A program made the position numbers and the translations under genes. DNA of 62,062 nt, filler included, from Choristocarpus tenellus KU-1152 (lineage: Eukaryota; Protista; Phaeophyceae): NCBI GenBank assembly GCA_964200185.2. It is 9 parts of 9 records of this genome, joined end to end, with 100 filler letters (N's around TTAATTAATTAA, not from the genome) between each part and the next. Parts side by side here need not be neighbours in the genome. Positions count along the whole stretch, not along the records: positions 22,724 to 30,960 come from CAXNAD020004951.1; positions 31,061 to 34,908 come from CAXNAD020017586.1; positions 35,009 to 41,828 come from CAXNAD020007280.1; 6 more parts are not named here. One strand, written 5' to 3'. The notes beneath the pieces are model-generated. The model saw only the letters and a list, made by a program, of their open reading frames with translations, was not told the DNA's origin and did no database searches. This document shows, piece by piece, positions 27,850-41,180 of the stretch (position 1 is the stretch's first letter; the number at the start of each line of letters is the position of its first letter).

Positions 27850-29850
27850 CATGCATCCACGTTCTTCATCCAGGTGTTGCGAAGGAAGACCGCCCATATA
27901 ATAAGAACCAACCTGCTCGTTCCTAGGTCGCAATATTCTCAGCTGGCGGTTGAGAATATGTAGTCTGAGTCGGTTTGTGTAGCAGGAAGAGCCAAAATAC
28001 GCTTGCAAATTTGGTCAGGTACGGGAAATTTTATATGTCATCATACCCACTCTCTTGAATCCTGGAAGATTTTTGTTGTTGTGGGGTTCAGACAAATAAA
28101 TAGACAGGAGGACCTGCTTTCGCTTGTATCCTCTGAGCTGTCTTTTCTCACCATTACTTAGAGGGTACTGGGCATTACTCCTCTCTGATCTGGATCAAAG
28201 TGGTTCAGAAAACCAGATAACCTTGTTGTACTTGTTGTGCATTGTTGGTGGCATACACACACGGCATTTTCCCTTTTCACCTCTCTGTTTGGGGACGGCG
28301 ACTTTGAAGGTGCTGCAGGCTTGCACTGCGTTCTGCAGCTCCACTCATTCATCATCGATAATAGGGACAATTAGAGACACTTTATGCATGCATCATGTAA
28401 TGTGAAAGGAAATTGAATGGAGTGTATGTGATTGACTGGTGACAGGTGACTTCTACACTTTATTCCTTCTGGAAGCAAATTCCAATTTCTGTTTTATGCT
28501 CCTAATTCAAACTGCTTGCCTCCCATTCAACCAAAAGTCGACATACGTTGTGGGTGTGACCATCGACGTTCTCTTCAAGAACGACCGTAGGTTTGAGCTA
28601 GGGTAACCAAAGAGTCGTAATGCATCTTGATAACTTACATAGATAGGCTCAATCCTCGGCATCCTCACCTCTCCTCTAAGTGCTCCTTAGGTTGACTTGA
28701 TTTTGAATAGGCGTCAACACCTACCTGCATGTGGTAGTCTCATGGCATCTTTACACCTCGTCCCATTGATGAACGGTATTATTATAATAATAGCAGCTAC
28801 ACATTCCAAAATGTGTACCTATCTATCCACTACTAGCTCTTGAAGAAACAGCGAGAAAATCTCACATTTGTTCTGGTAATGAACTTGTGGAGTTGTCAGG
28901 ATGGCATGATTGCGATGCAAAGAATAGAAGCAACACGCGAAGATTTGTTAAGCAAGTCGTATCACTCTGCCGACCAGAATATAATCCCTCCTAAACATTA
29001 TCTCGATCCATGCAAACAATTAGGGAAACAAAACCAAAAGAACATTTACGTAACTACAGCAGAATAAAAGTATTTGAAACTACTATCAAGCGATAGGGAA
29101 TTTCCTACCTCTCTGGACCAAAGTGGTTCAGAAAATCAGGTAACATTAGTATCATAACGTTTTCACTATAAAGCTCTCACCAATCCATCTTTCTTAACCT
29201 CATTTGAGGAGTAAGTAGGCCGTAGTTGATCAGAATAAACTAGACTACCAAAGTCAACATAGCCTATTCACGAAGCAGAGGCTTTAACACCTCTTGAAGG
29301 CAGCAATGGGTTGTTTATGAAATCATCCTGATCGGTCCAGCATCATGGTGAACCATATGTGGTGAGCAAAATCTACAAGTTTCTGTATGTCATCACTCAC
29401 CAGGAACGTGACCTTTGGGAGGTCCCTACTGTACTTCATAATCCCTATCCTGGTGACCTTTTTGAAGACTCCTTCACAATGTGAAGCTGAGATACAGAGC
29501 ACATACAGACATATTTAAGAATGTACTACTGCAGGCCATTTTCTGACACCCTTTTATTAGGACTTGCAATCAAGAATGTAGGTAACTACTCTGACTCAAT
29601 ATTAAGCCGACCAGTATATCTTCCTTGGGATAAGAGCTGGAACAAAATTCTGGGATAAACTTCACGCACACGTCCAACATCTGGAACAGTCCACACCCAG
29701 CAGGTGGAGGAAAAGGAAGAACTTTCCAACAATTCATTTCTCCAAGTCGCCTCGATGCAGGGAGGGAGGCTTTGAAAATCCAAAATGACTCAAGCCTTTG
29801 GGGAGAAAGAGACCCCCAACATATGCAATTCATACGTGTACATCAGTAAG
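27850..29850 (-). mobile_element. Highly decayed Ty3/Gypsy-like pol relic
   Basis: Scattered minus-strand peptides in RT, RNaseH, IN order: VLPFPPP...KFIPEFCSSSYP (~29720-29625), QPIAAFKR (~29300), GESFIVKT (~29170), ILNRQLR..WAVFLRNT (~27960-27870). Many stops and frameshifts. Confidence 0.4.
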
Positions 29851-31600
29851 CAATGGCAACTGGATCTTGCCCTGCATTAAGAAAGGCCAATACAAAAAGA
29901 TATCCAATAACAAAGCCATGCGTGGTTAACAATCCAGCAGCTCTACTCCACAAAAACAGAAATGAATAGATGAACAATGCAGGTATAAACTGCCACTGCA
30001 TGAGGGAAAAGGGGGGAATGGTCTTTGGAGAAGGACGCTATCCCCCTACCCCACAGCCATTCTTCTTTCCTCCACCTGTGAGGAAATGAGCTAAATAAAC
30101 CAAGGCAGAGGGATGAAACCACATGAACTATTTATGAAACTTGTGTTTTGTCTCCATAATATGGGCTTCTCCTTCTACCCCTATGGTTCAAAGGCTTCCA
30201 TCTACTTCAAAGGGGAAAGACCTTGCTCTCCCCCCCCCCCCCCCCCCCCCCCCCACCGCCACCTACACCCCCAACCAACAAAGAAAAAAAAAAAGACAAT
30301 TCCTTTTTTTTTTTTTTGTNNNNNNNNNNCCCCCATTGTTCAAAGGCCTCCCTCTTCCTCAAAGGGGAAAGACCTTGCTCCCCCCCCCCCCCCTCCCTGC
30401 CACAGCAACTGTTACATCAACCTCATAGCAGGAAGGATAAAAGAGCCGTCTTCTCTATGATATTTAGTCGGCCCTTCCTGGGATAAGGTCTACTATTGCC
30501 ACCCAATCATTCCCCTTTGTAAGCTCCTTGGGTTTACCCACCAGAGCACTCTCCACACAAACAAAATTGTCAGCTCCCATGTCTGCTTTTTGAGACAACA
30601 CATGTAATCACATTGTCCAGAAGGTAGAAGAAAAGCGTGCAGGGGGGGCGGGTTGGATGGGTAGAAGATGAGAGCGCAATTAGTAAAGGTCAAAGGCAGA
30701 CTTTTAAACTTCAAAAATGCTTTTTCATCAATCCACATCTCACAGACCAACAGTCCATAGGTGACAGTCCAAAAAAAACAGAAAACTCCAATTGATATCA
30801 TACACTCATGGGGGTATTCAAGGAGGTGAACTGTACTTGAATTGGAAAGGTGAAAAAAAAGGTGCTTGGTGGATTACCTCAAATAATTTCCATTTTTTTT
30901 ACACTCCTCACACACACCAGCAACTGAACTGGTCACAAATTATGAATAAAAATGAACCCCNNNNNNNNNNNNNNNNNNNNNNNNNNNNNNNNNNNNNNNN
31001 NNNNTTAATTAATTAANNNNNNNNNNNNNNNNNNNNNNNNNNNNNNNNNNNNNNNNNNNNTTACCTTCTTCAAAACGTTGTTTGGGCTCTAGAATTTTAA
31101 ACCTCCGATTGTGTTGCACAAATCAAAAAAAAAAAAAAAAAAAAAACTGATACTATTCTTTCCGATCTCTTTGAACATCTCAAAAATTAAATGTCAAAAA
31201 AACACATCCCCCGTCCAGCGTTTTTCAAGATAAGGGTACGGTCTCATTTCACAGCACGGCACGATTTCATCCCGCAACAAACCATTGCCAACATGCATAA
31301 TATAATATAATATATATATATATATATACACTGTAACTATTGGAACCAACCACAATACCTCTACTACTTATCTTGTCAGAAGAAAAACGCCTCAATGTAT
31401 CCGTACATCATTATAAATAAAAAATAGACAAATGTATATTTCAGTTGTTTTTTTTATATCAATGTTCTATCGTCACTACACACACCGGATTCCCCATCAA
31501 AAAGCAGCGGTACAAGAAAATGACTTCACACAACACAAAAACTACGTATTAATACTTCAAAAAACGTAGTTCATGTTCATTCTTCTTAAGACACACACGC

Positions 31601-31637
<37 letters not shown>

Positions 31638-31840
31638 TCATATAAAATAAAATTGTTACCACAAAAAGGAATGTCATTTAACCATATTATTCCTTCATAT
31701 TATTTCTTCACATTTCGCGACCAATGAGAGAGAGGCTGCCCTCGAGAACACACAGCAAACAAACCTTTTCCTACCATCACCTTTTCAGAGTAGGCTACTG
31801 TTGTTACACATTTATCATCGTTGAGACAGCAATGGTGCAT

Positions 31841-31945
31841 AACAATAATAAAACAATTGTAAAACAATACTAAACAACAATAATAAAACAATTGTAAAAC
31901 AATAATAAATAACAATAATAAAACAATTGTAAAACAATAATAAAT
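31841..31945. repeat. 35-bp tandem repeat x3
   Basis: AACAATAATAAAACAATTGTAAAACAATAATAAAT units, head to tail. Confidence 0.92.
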
Positions 31946-32995
31946 ATAGTACTCGTCTCCCTGAGCCTATCACCTTTCCAAAAAAAGAGTAAATTACAAC
32001 ATAAAAAAAAAATTAAAAAAATCAAAGGGGGGATGGATCATTACCAAAAAACTCGTACAAGCGCTGCAGTAAAAAAAAAAAAAGGCAGGGGAAAATCTCT
32101 CAGCAACACCATCAAGACAACTCCATACCCACTATGTTTTCTCATCAACCTGCTAGCTCCACCCCAGGGGAAACTTCAGGTGCAAGGGTGCTATTTCAAA
32201 CAAAAAAAATGGGACCCTTTATTCCCCTCCAGATTTACAGTGGTTTACATAATATCTACATATATCTTCACAATATCTATACATAATATGTAGATATATA
32301 TATATATATAAAATATCTACATAATATCAACAAAATAAAGTGCCTCCTACAGAAGGGCTTATGTAGTATGTACGATATTTTAAAGAGGGTGACGAGGTAT
32401 GCAGGTGGGAGGGGGGGGGGATACTTGCAGGGAAGGGTCACCGATACTGGCTCAGTATCAAATAGTAATAACAATAAAAATAGTAGCTGTAAAAACAAAA
32501 AAAATAGTATCATGGAAGACTGTACCAACAGTAACACAGCTAAAAAAAAAATGAACAAAAAATAACGCTCGCAACAGACGTAATCACGAAAATAATACTA
32601 ATAATATGTTTGGGGTGATGGTACCACAGAACCAATTCTCCACACCAATTTTTTTTTAAAGGCACAAAGATTAGCAACACCAATCGATCACAGAAATAAA
32701 ACGAACAAAAGAATGCAATAATGAAAAAAAATATATATATATATATATATATATTGTTGATGTTACCAGGACCAATTCTTCAGATCAAGTTCCCCGACTC
32801 CGTGTCTGTATGTATCATACATACAGTGCACGGATGAAACAATACAAACGTAAAACAAACAGTCCACCAAATCAACTTCACACACACGAAACAAAAAAAT
32901 GTATGTGTACGCCAGTCGCATCCCTAAACTACAAGCGTGTTGTGTTTGTTTTTTTTATTAAGAAACACTATCAAAAATACAAAAAAATGTCGTAC

Positions 32996-33183
32996 CGACT
33001 AGAGTTGTCATTCCGGATGGTACGGGCATTCCCAAACGCCTCCAAGATGGGGTTGCTCTGAAGCACTCTGTCCATGATGGAGCCCTTCTCCAGCTCTACC
33101 CCCTCCTCTCCATTCCCCACTGTGGTCAAGTACCTTTTATTGTCACACATCCATCCATCCATCGATCCATCCAGAAAAATTAA

Positions 33184-33221
<38 letters not shown>

Positions 33222-34079
33222 GTAAGGGAGAATAATTCAGCATTCAGTCAGCCCCTCACAGTCACAGCAAGCTTACACCACCTTATCTATTGATCTCTTA
33301 CACACATAAAAAAAAGGTATTATGTACTTGGTATACCATTAACATACAAAGTACTACCCCTATCATGTACTTGGAATACCATTAACATACAAAGTATTAC
33401 CCCTATCATGTACTTGGTATACCATTAACACACAAAGTACTACCCCTACACGCTCTTGGGGCCGTGTCAAGGGGGAGGGACCGCCAACGAGGTGATACAA
33501 CCCTAACCCTAACCCTAACCCTAACCCTAACCCTAACCCTAACCAGAACATCTCACCACTCGGAGTACAAGGCCCAACCCACACTTCAAAGTATTTTAAC
33601 ATAACCCTAACCTTCACCCCAACCCTAACCCTAACCTCATCCAATACATACTACGTATCTCACGTACAATAGTGCCTAACAAAGAGCAAACTCCAATCCC
33701 ATCGACCAGCTACACGCGGACATGCAAGCAGAGATCCACCCTCGCACCCTTATTTCACCCCCACACTGGAACAATAATAGAAAGCATGAATGTCAATGCA
33801 AGCGGAAATCATCTCTGTACACAGACTTCACCGTGTAACAATGCAAGGCACCATACATATATACAAGGAAAAAAATAAATACATATATATATATATGTGT
33901 TGAAAAAAAAAAAGCGTAAGGATATATTTTAGAACGAAACAACCCAGTCACAGCAAGTAGTGATCGCCACACCTCATGACAAACTTAGTGCTTTCGGTCT
34001 TTCCCGCCCCACTCTCTCCTGAAATGAGAATGGATTGGTTGATCGGTCCCATGCCAGACGCCTTTCCAGCGTGAATACC
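32996..34079 (-). CDS. Myosin heavy chain motor domain, two internal exons
   Basis: Exon 34079-33973 encodes [23 protein letters not shown] (myosin P-loop). Exon 33133-32996 encodes YLTTVG...[25 protein letters not shown] (switch I). Splice phases match. Confidence 0.97.
33322..33449. repeat. 43-bp tandem repeat x3 in myosin intron
   Basis: ATGTACTTGGTATACCATTAACATACAAAGTACTACCCCTATC units with 1-2 substitutions. Confidence 0.93.
33501..33637. repeat. Interstitial telomere-type repeats (CCCTAA)7 plus a degenerate second cluster
   Basis: Seven perfect units at 33501-33542 and degenerate units at about 33603-33637, between two myosin exons. Confidence 0.95.
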
Positions 34080-34751
34080 CTTATATTGAAGGATGGAAAA
34101 AAAAAAATGGCACAGTAGTCAATCAAGTGTCAAGAAGGGATGTGTGCTATGTGTGTGTGTGTGTTATGTGTGCATGCCATTGTGTTGTGTGTCATATGTG
34201 TATTATGTGTGTGTTATGTGTGTGTTAAGAGTGTGTTAAGAGTGCATGCCATTGTGTTGTGTGTGTGTCATGCGTGTGTTATGCGTGTGTTATGTGTGTC
34301 TACAGGGTTCCGGCACACAACATGAAAAGCAATCCCGTCTTTGATACTTGTTCATCTTTGTCAATATTTTTTCTTGCAAACATGCATTTCCAACACCTAA
34401 ATGGCACAGCCCCACACGGGGGGGCACAACGGTATTCATCTCTTCAAAAAAGATTGTCGGACACGCTAGGGTATATTCCTCCTGCAGTTGTACACAAAAG
34501 CATGCTGACGATCAGACAAGAGTAGAGCGCGATACAATTTTTTTTTAATCAAACTACGTTTCTCTAAACTAAAATTAATAAAAAAATATATAAATATTAG
34601 GAGTAAAAATAATAATCATAAAAATGGCACCGATGATAAAAAAATAAGAAACATTTTCAATTAAAAATCGGCACACAAAACCCCGCAGTGTAAAAATCAT
34701 CGGCAAGAAAAAAAAATAGTGAAGCTCCCATCGCCTCCCTCAACTCCCCGG

Positions 34752-34797
<46 letters not shown>

Positions 34798-35008
34798 CGT
34801 GCAGACCAAATGTAAAATTAAAAATACAAAAAATTGAGACACATACAAAAAAGAACAACACAAACAAAGACAGACAGGCATGGGGAGATTTAGAGACTGG
34901 GAGGGGGGNNNNNNNNNNNNNNNNNNNNNNNNNNNNNNNNNNNNNNNNNNNNTTAATTAATTAANNNNNNNNNNNNNNNNNNNNNNNNNNNNNNNNNNNN
35001 NNNNNNNN

Positions 35009-38000
35009 CAGAGTCCACCCCCTGCTGAAACTGCACCAGCTGCTACCACAGCAGCTGCCGTCCTTGCTTCAAGGCGTAACACCTTGACAGTGCACTTGTT
35101 CCCCCATGCCCGAGATACAACAGATATGTGCAGCCCTTCCCCACCACCCCCATCACCACCAGGTGCCTGCGAAACAACCCTAACCCCAAACTCTCCTCCA
35201 CTTCCACCCCCTCCTCGTCCGACATCAAGCCATGCCGGGGCGAAATCTAGATCCCCACTACAATCTGCGCGTAGTCGTACATACTCTGTCTCCACCATAC
35301 CTTTTCTACCCTCATCGGGACCACCCCCTCCATTAACCACAACCCCATCTCCACCAGCAGCCCCATCAGACCCTTTGTCAACCGTGGCGACTCCACGTTC
35401 CAGCAGGATGATGAAAACGGCACCTTGGTCAAGAACAACAACTAGGTGGCGGGGCAGGGTGTGGGGAGGTGTTTGTGGGGGGGGAGGTGACTGCTGGGGG
35501 ATTGTTTCAGCGTTGGATCTGGCAAGGGTAGCGATGGTGAGGGATGCCACAGCACCCCTAGGAGTTGATGGTCCAGGTGGTGCCATTGTCCAGACATTCA
35601 TGTGCTCGAGGTCAACAAAGTGTACCTACTCCATGTAGGGTTGGGTTGAAAGGGAAGGACAAGGAAGAGAGGAGGGGGGTGGGGTGGCTGTTAGAGATTT
35701 GTATGCTTTGAAAGTTTTTTTAAGGTTTTGGCAGAAGTCGTGCAAGAATACTAGTTAAGAATGTGATTTCTCTACATGTTTGGATGAACACACTTTTACT
35801 CTCCTTGATGAGAGTTCATGGGCTTCCGACTCTTAATATTTTAGGAAAATAAGTAATCCTTTTACGAACATCTCGGTATATGTGCAAGGATGCTGTCAAA
35901 GTGTCAGCACCAAAACCCAAAAATACTCTACAAAACTCTCAATTCCTAAGAACACTACCTCCAGCACTTCCTCAAAAACAGTAAATATTTATACGTGAAG
36001 AGTTTCTGTGGGGCATATGCATGTGTCCTAAGCATATTGTAAAAGGGAAGATATCAAATTCCTCACCTGCTTGAATTTCTGTGTTGCCCAAAAATATTCT
36101 TTAGCATCTCAATTCCTTGGTCACTGTCCTACAAAAATTCCATACTCAGCAAGTGCAGTACAACTTGCAGTAGATCCACAGGTACTCTCCGATACAGAAT
36201 TTTCCATCCACTGACATGTTCGACTAGCACACATGTCCAATCCCTCAACACAATTCCACAATAGCAAGCTTGGAGTTAACAATGCTAAGGAAAAAAAATG
36301 AACCGCTCCAAGAAAGGGAAGGTTGAGATTGCTGATCCCACTGTGGTATTTCCAAGCTAACTCTCTTTGTCATACCAAAGCCTACTTGACTGGCCTGCAG
36401 CCTGGCATTTCCAGACATTAAAGTTGCTTGCCTTGCAACTTGCATTCAACTGCTAAGAGAGGGGTATTGAAGAGTGTGTGGGTAGGGGCATCAACAAACT
36501 TATGTACCGCCATAACAAAACTAAAAATGTTGTAAGGGAAGGTTGGTGAGGCATTAAAAGAAACATGGCCTCAAGGGTGGGAAGAACGAACTAAGTGTGC
36601 TCTGTTTCCCAATGACCAGTGCCAAGGAGCTCAAGTCATAGAGCAACACAGAGAAGCCAGGAAGTGCAACTCAAGACAGTTGAGGTCAAAAATGGGACAT
36701 CTCTCACCCACCTGCCCATCATATCCGCCCACAATGGCCACATGGCTACCGTCCCTGGTGGCCCACCACAGGCACTCCACTCGGCCTTGAGTCAGACTCT
36801 CTTTCCTGGAACGGGGTCCCTTCCCACCCCCTCCCTCTGCCCCCTTTCCCCTCCCCCCAGTCCCTCCATGTTTAGCAAGTGCAGCGATGAAGACAGGGTC
36901 AGCAGCAGCCTGCTCCACGCCCAACCCCCCCCGGGCCCGCTGCCCCAACCCCCTGCTGGCAAGGCGAAGTAGGCTCAATGAGGCTGCAGCCACTGGATTT
37001 TGCTGACCCTGCAGGGTTCCAGGTCCACTGTTACCTGCTCCCTGTGTCGCAGAGCCTCCTCCATCCCCATTGCTGTGAAGATCTTCTATGGGGAGTAAGT
37101 AGACTGCCAGACCATCAGTTATACACAATGCACACTGGAGGTCATGGCTAATGCATAGACCCCGGATCTGGGTGCAATGAGATGTTGAAGAAAAAACATA
37201 TTTTATTGGTTGGCTGTCTTCTTATTCTTTCATCGTATGCAGTAAGGTTTGAGCATGTTTGTGGGGTAGTGGTGGGGTGTGTTTGTTTGGGTACTGCATA
37301 GGCAGCATGAGTATGCTGGGTTTGGAGGGGAGGAAAGGTTGTGAGCAGGTCCTTGATATACTTGATCCACTGGCACACGCAGAGACTACTGTACTGCACA
37401 GATCATTTGAGGCCCAACCCCAAACAATGTAAGATTTGGACACTATCACCAATGACTGCTTGCATCCACAAACAAAAGCACCTTACTATATATTGTGAGT
37501 AATTCTGGACAACAGGTCCATTCGCCTAAAAACTTGGTTGTACAAGTAGTAACCCTGAGTGAGTCGGGCATGGACTAACGATCGTTAACTGGTCACTCTC
37601 ACATCAGTCAATTCATCTCACCTTGCCCTGCACAGTCCAGTCCAGGAGACAGCGACGAAACGCACTTCCTTCGGAACCCCTTCGCATAACAAGGAGGATT
37701 GAATTTGAAAGCGAGGCAAGTAAGACTGATGCTTGCTCTATCGACCTGTGAGCGCAGACCTCGATGCGAACCTCATCCGTGGTCGTCGTGAAACCCTCCA
37801 GGTCCTGTATTACCGTAGAGGTCCGAAGAGGAAATGACGTTCAAAAAGGTGAGCAAAGCAGCAGGGTGGCCAAACGAAAAGGTCACGGCATGTAATAACT
37901 GAAACAGGCTGGCACAGCTCCAGGGGTGTTTGCTATGCGTCATAGGAGCTGGCGCAATTTAGGGTATTTTGCACACTATGGCACTTAAGTAGCCGTACTC

Positions 38001-38433
38001 TGGTTACGACCTCGCCCACAGTATCTGAATGTTGGTGATGGCAATGCTGCGACGCATGGTGTTGAGGCACATCAAACTTACCCCTATAAATACGTATCGC
38101 ACAATAACATTGACAGGACGACCAGCGTTGGGTGCACGCTCTTAACACTATCCTCCACATAGATCCAATAACCGATGTTCATATGTTCGCAGAAACGGGA
38201 TTCATGTCAAGGTCTCATGGCTATACCTGGTCCCCATGTGTCGTGTCGCTTCGCTCAGACACTGAGAGACTGTTGCTAAGGTTTTTCCTATCCGTGCCCA
38301 CTGGCGACATACTTAACCCAAGGTCAGACATCGGGGTATAAGAAGGACGTGCACGATAGCGAACATCTTCCGCTGCGCGTCGGCGAACCGTCCGCACGCT
38401 TGCAAGGCGAACAAGCTGTGGGGTTGATGACAT
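35009..38433 (-). CDS. 5' part of an uncharacterised protein, possibly beta-propeller (WD40-like) with Gly-rich insertions
   Basis: Phase-0 GT-AG exons 38433-38227 (ATG), 37804-37622, 37167-36712 and 35625-35009 (open to contig end). Blade-like segments: IRGLCISHDLQCALCITDGLAVYLLPI and VECLWWATRDGSHVAIVGGYDGQ|VHFVDL. Confidence 0.78.
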
Positions 38434-39016
38434 TCTTCAAGTGTCACCTTAATCAGCAAGTGCACCTGAAATATTAATCATACCCTCCTCAAACCATCGT
38501 CTCAACCAAGTACAGAACATAAGGCAAAGTGAGGTAAGCTCTAGACAAAGACCTGGAAGCAACGTGAATCACAAGCCAGCATCCTAACTTGTTGAAAGGT
38601 TTGGTCTGGTGTTCTAACAAAGCTAACACTTAGAAGGCGTTCTGCAGCCACAACATCAAGTCAGAAAACTAAACATGTGACATGATAGTTAGTGTCAACT
38701 ATATCACTGTAGAAGGCTCAGTCATTGGTAATCACGCCGATCTCACCACCTCCTTTCGAAAGTTGACTTTGCTGAACTCTTGTTGTCGGCGAGCAATGCC
38801 CTCAGAACGTTCTGTATCTGTTCTGAGCTAAGTTGGTATCTGATCTGCCCCTTGCAAAAGCACGTGGATTTTGTTCAACTTTTCAAAGTCGTACCTACCT
38901 GTATCCTCTTCGAACGGTACTATTTTCTTACAATCAGAAGCTTGGGAGCCACCGAGGAGCCTCCATCTACGAAATTACTCTCCGTACTGAGACTCGGAGT
39001 AGGGGAGACAGAGATC
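38434..39016. promoter_or_regulatory. Probable bidirectional promoter region (583 bp)
   Basis: Lies between divergent inferred start codons at 38433 (-) and 39017 (+) on the same contig. No specific motif identified. Confidence 0.5.
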
Positions 39017-39963
39017 ATGATCCTTGCTGGAGTTGTTGTGGTCGGGATTTTCCAGGCGACTAATTGCCTAGGGTTTGTCCACACGCCTCGCAACCCCTCC
39101 TTTGGTTTACAGCAGCAGGTAGCCTTTCGAAATAATGTTTGGTCTGGAGATAGAACTTGGATTGGCTTCAAACGAGGGAGGGCTGTGGCCGCCATGAACG
39201 CAGTTGGGGTGGAGGAGGAAGTAGACGCGGTGGTGAGTTCGTATTCCCCGATCTATTATAGGATTGTTGGCCTTTGCACTACTTTGAATGTTTGGATCAC
39301 AGAGGATATACCCTATCCTACTCTCTTGGAAGGAGGTGTACTCTATCCATAAACGTTTGGTTGCATCTATGGTGTGTCTCGTTAATGACCGGATCGAAAC
39401 TCCTGTTCTGTATCTGGCACGTTCCCCTGCCGTACGCATGTTCTATTCGCCATAATACGCGCTTTGGTAGCCACCTTCGATCATACCGCAGGGAAAGACA
39501 ATAGAGATAAGAAAACATTGTCACGATGGATGTGAGGTGGGGTTAGGGTAGAGGTAGAGGTCACTTCACCAACTACTGGTCATTCATTCAACATGCCCCA
39601 CCCAGAATTATCTCCTGATCTGGCGCTCTTACCTGGATCCCGTAGCTTCATCCTATGGCTTAACCACAAATGTTGCCCTTGTAAAGTCTGAGGCTCAGGT
39701 TCTTGTCCCCTCCTGAAGTGACATGGTATTTTAATGTTGGTGCTCAGTCAAATTACTGCCGCCCTTGGTATCTCATCTCTTGCCCCACAGTAAAAAGCTT
39801 GACACTCGACCAGCAGTGGCAGTAATAATGTGTGTATGTGTTGTGCTGTAGTATCACTATTGTGGGTTCACCTCTCAACATCCACACCCCACCCCACCCC
39901 ACCTTTTTGAAGGTCATCGGTGCCGGGATTGGAGGCCTTACCTGCGCGGCATTGCTTGCAAAG
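39017..39963 (+). CDS. First two exons of a plastid-targeted FAD-dependent oxidoreductase (carotenoid isomerase/phytoene desaturase-like)
   Basis: Exon 39017-39232 has a hydrophobic signal peptide ending CLG-F (ASAFAP-like), a transit-like stretch, then EEEVDAV. Exon 39913-39963 gives VIGAGIGGLTCAALLAK (GxGxxG dinucleotide-binding motif). Subfamily cannot be fixed from 89 aa. Confidence 0.8.
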
Positions 39964-41095
39964 GTGCGAAATATAACCTATGCTGAGGCCCAGCTACGGC
40001 GGTAAGCCCTCCCTCCTTCAGGATGCTTAGCTTTTTCACATTTGAGATTTTGAGTGGGACTTGTGGGAAGGCCTTCGTCGAGGCATTTGGAGTGTATCAA
40101 GTTACCTGGTAGCTCTCTGTACAGTGTAGCATGTGACAATTGTTGTCGTTAGTATACTTATTGGAGATGTGATTGTACTGTGAGAGGACGGTTGGAAGCC
40201 CCATTTGCCCACTTCGCTTCAGGAGGTTCTTGTTCCAGGATGAGTATGTGTGTACTATTTTATCCTTGCAGGTGGCTTGCGGGGAATCATATTTCTGTGT
40301 AATACATCCTTTTATATCTCCTCACTCATTGTGTATAGGTGGGTGTATGATATTTGTTGCGCCTGTCTGTGTTGTTGTGTGTGAGAAGAAAGAGCCATTG
40401 GTATATATAATGGCAAAGGATACTTAAGTATTGGTAGTGAATACTGTGCGCTACTCTTGAGCCTTACACCTTTGCTTGCTGTGCATCGATATGGTTGGTG
40501 ACTGATCAGTGATAGCTCTGGTGGACTGATCTCACCATTGTTCAAAATTGCATGCATTGCAACAGGGAGTTCATTATTGGATTGCGCTCTTGTGTGACAA
40601 TACCTTGACTTGTTACATATTTGATGGGAAATGGAGAGGTCACCCTTAGTATTAGATCCACATATCTCATGTACAGAACAGCTGATACTGTGTACTTTCA
40701 TTCATCCTACCCACCCCAGTATCAGTCGTAGAGTGTACTCATGCAGGACTTCTTTGAGAAGGTTTGGATGCCTTGGAGCAGGTCTACGCCCTGGCTGAAA
40801 AGAAATCAATAATTCAAGGCATAGGGTTTGCGTACAGTAGTAACTATTAACAGGATTTGCCACCACAGCCTGCTTGTCAACAGAGTTACTCCAACATAGT
40901 ACCAGAACCCCTAGATACAGCAGGTTACACATCTGCCATGTTCATGTGTGAGCTCTCAAGCAAGATTGACGCTCAATCAAACGGACATTTGAATGTAGGG
41001 GGTGATATTTTTCTTTTAATTCTTTCTGCAAGCACTATTGTTCTACTTCAAGTGTTGGTCATTGTTTCAGTGATGCATCGAGTCCTGTGGCAAAT

Positions 41096-41180
41096 TGTGT
41101 TGTGTTGTGTTATGTTATGTTGTGTTGTGTTGTGTTGTGCTGTGTTGTGCTGTGCTGTGCTGTGCTGTGCTGTGCTGTGC
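41096..41180. repeat. (TGTGY)n pentanucleotide microsatellite
   Basis: TGTGT units grading into TGTGC units. Confidence 0.95.

Noticed and set aside
30170-30410. Direct repeat flanking a 10-N gap (30320-30329)
   Set aside because: Looks like the same locus read twice around a poly-C run with low-quality tails, i.e. a scaffolding artefact.
33322-33449. CRISPR-like arrays (43-bp, 35-bp and ~120-bp repeats)
   Set aside because: Units are head to tail or have mutually related intervening sequence. There are no unique spacers and no cas genes, and the context is eukaryotic introns or TE relics.
33501-33542. True chromosome end
   Set aside because: Only seven units, flanked on both sides by in-phase myosin exons.
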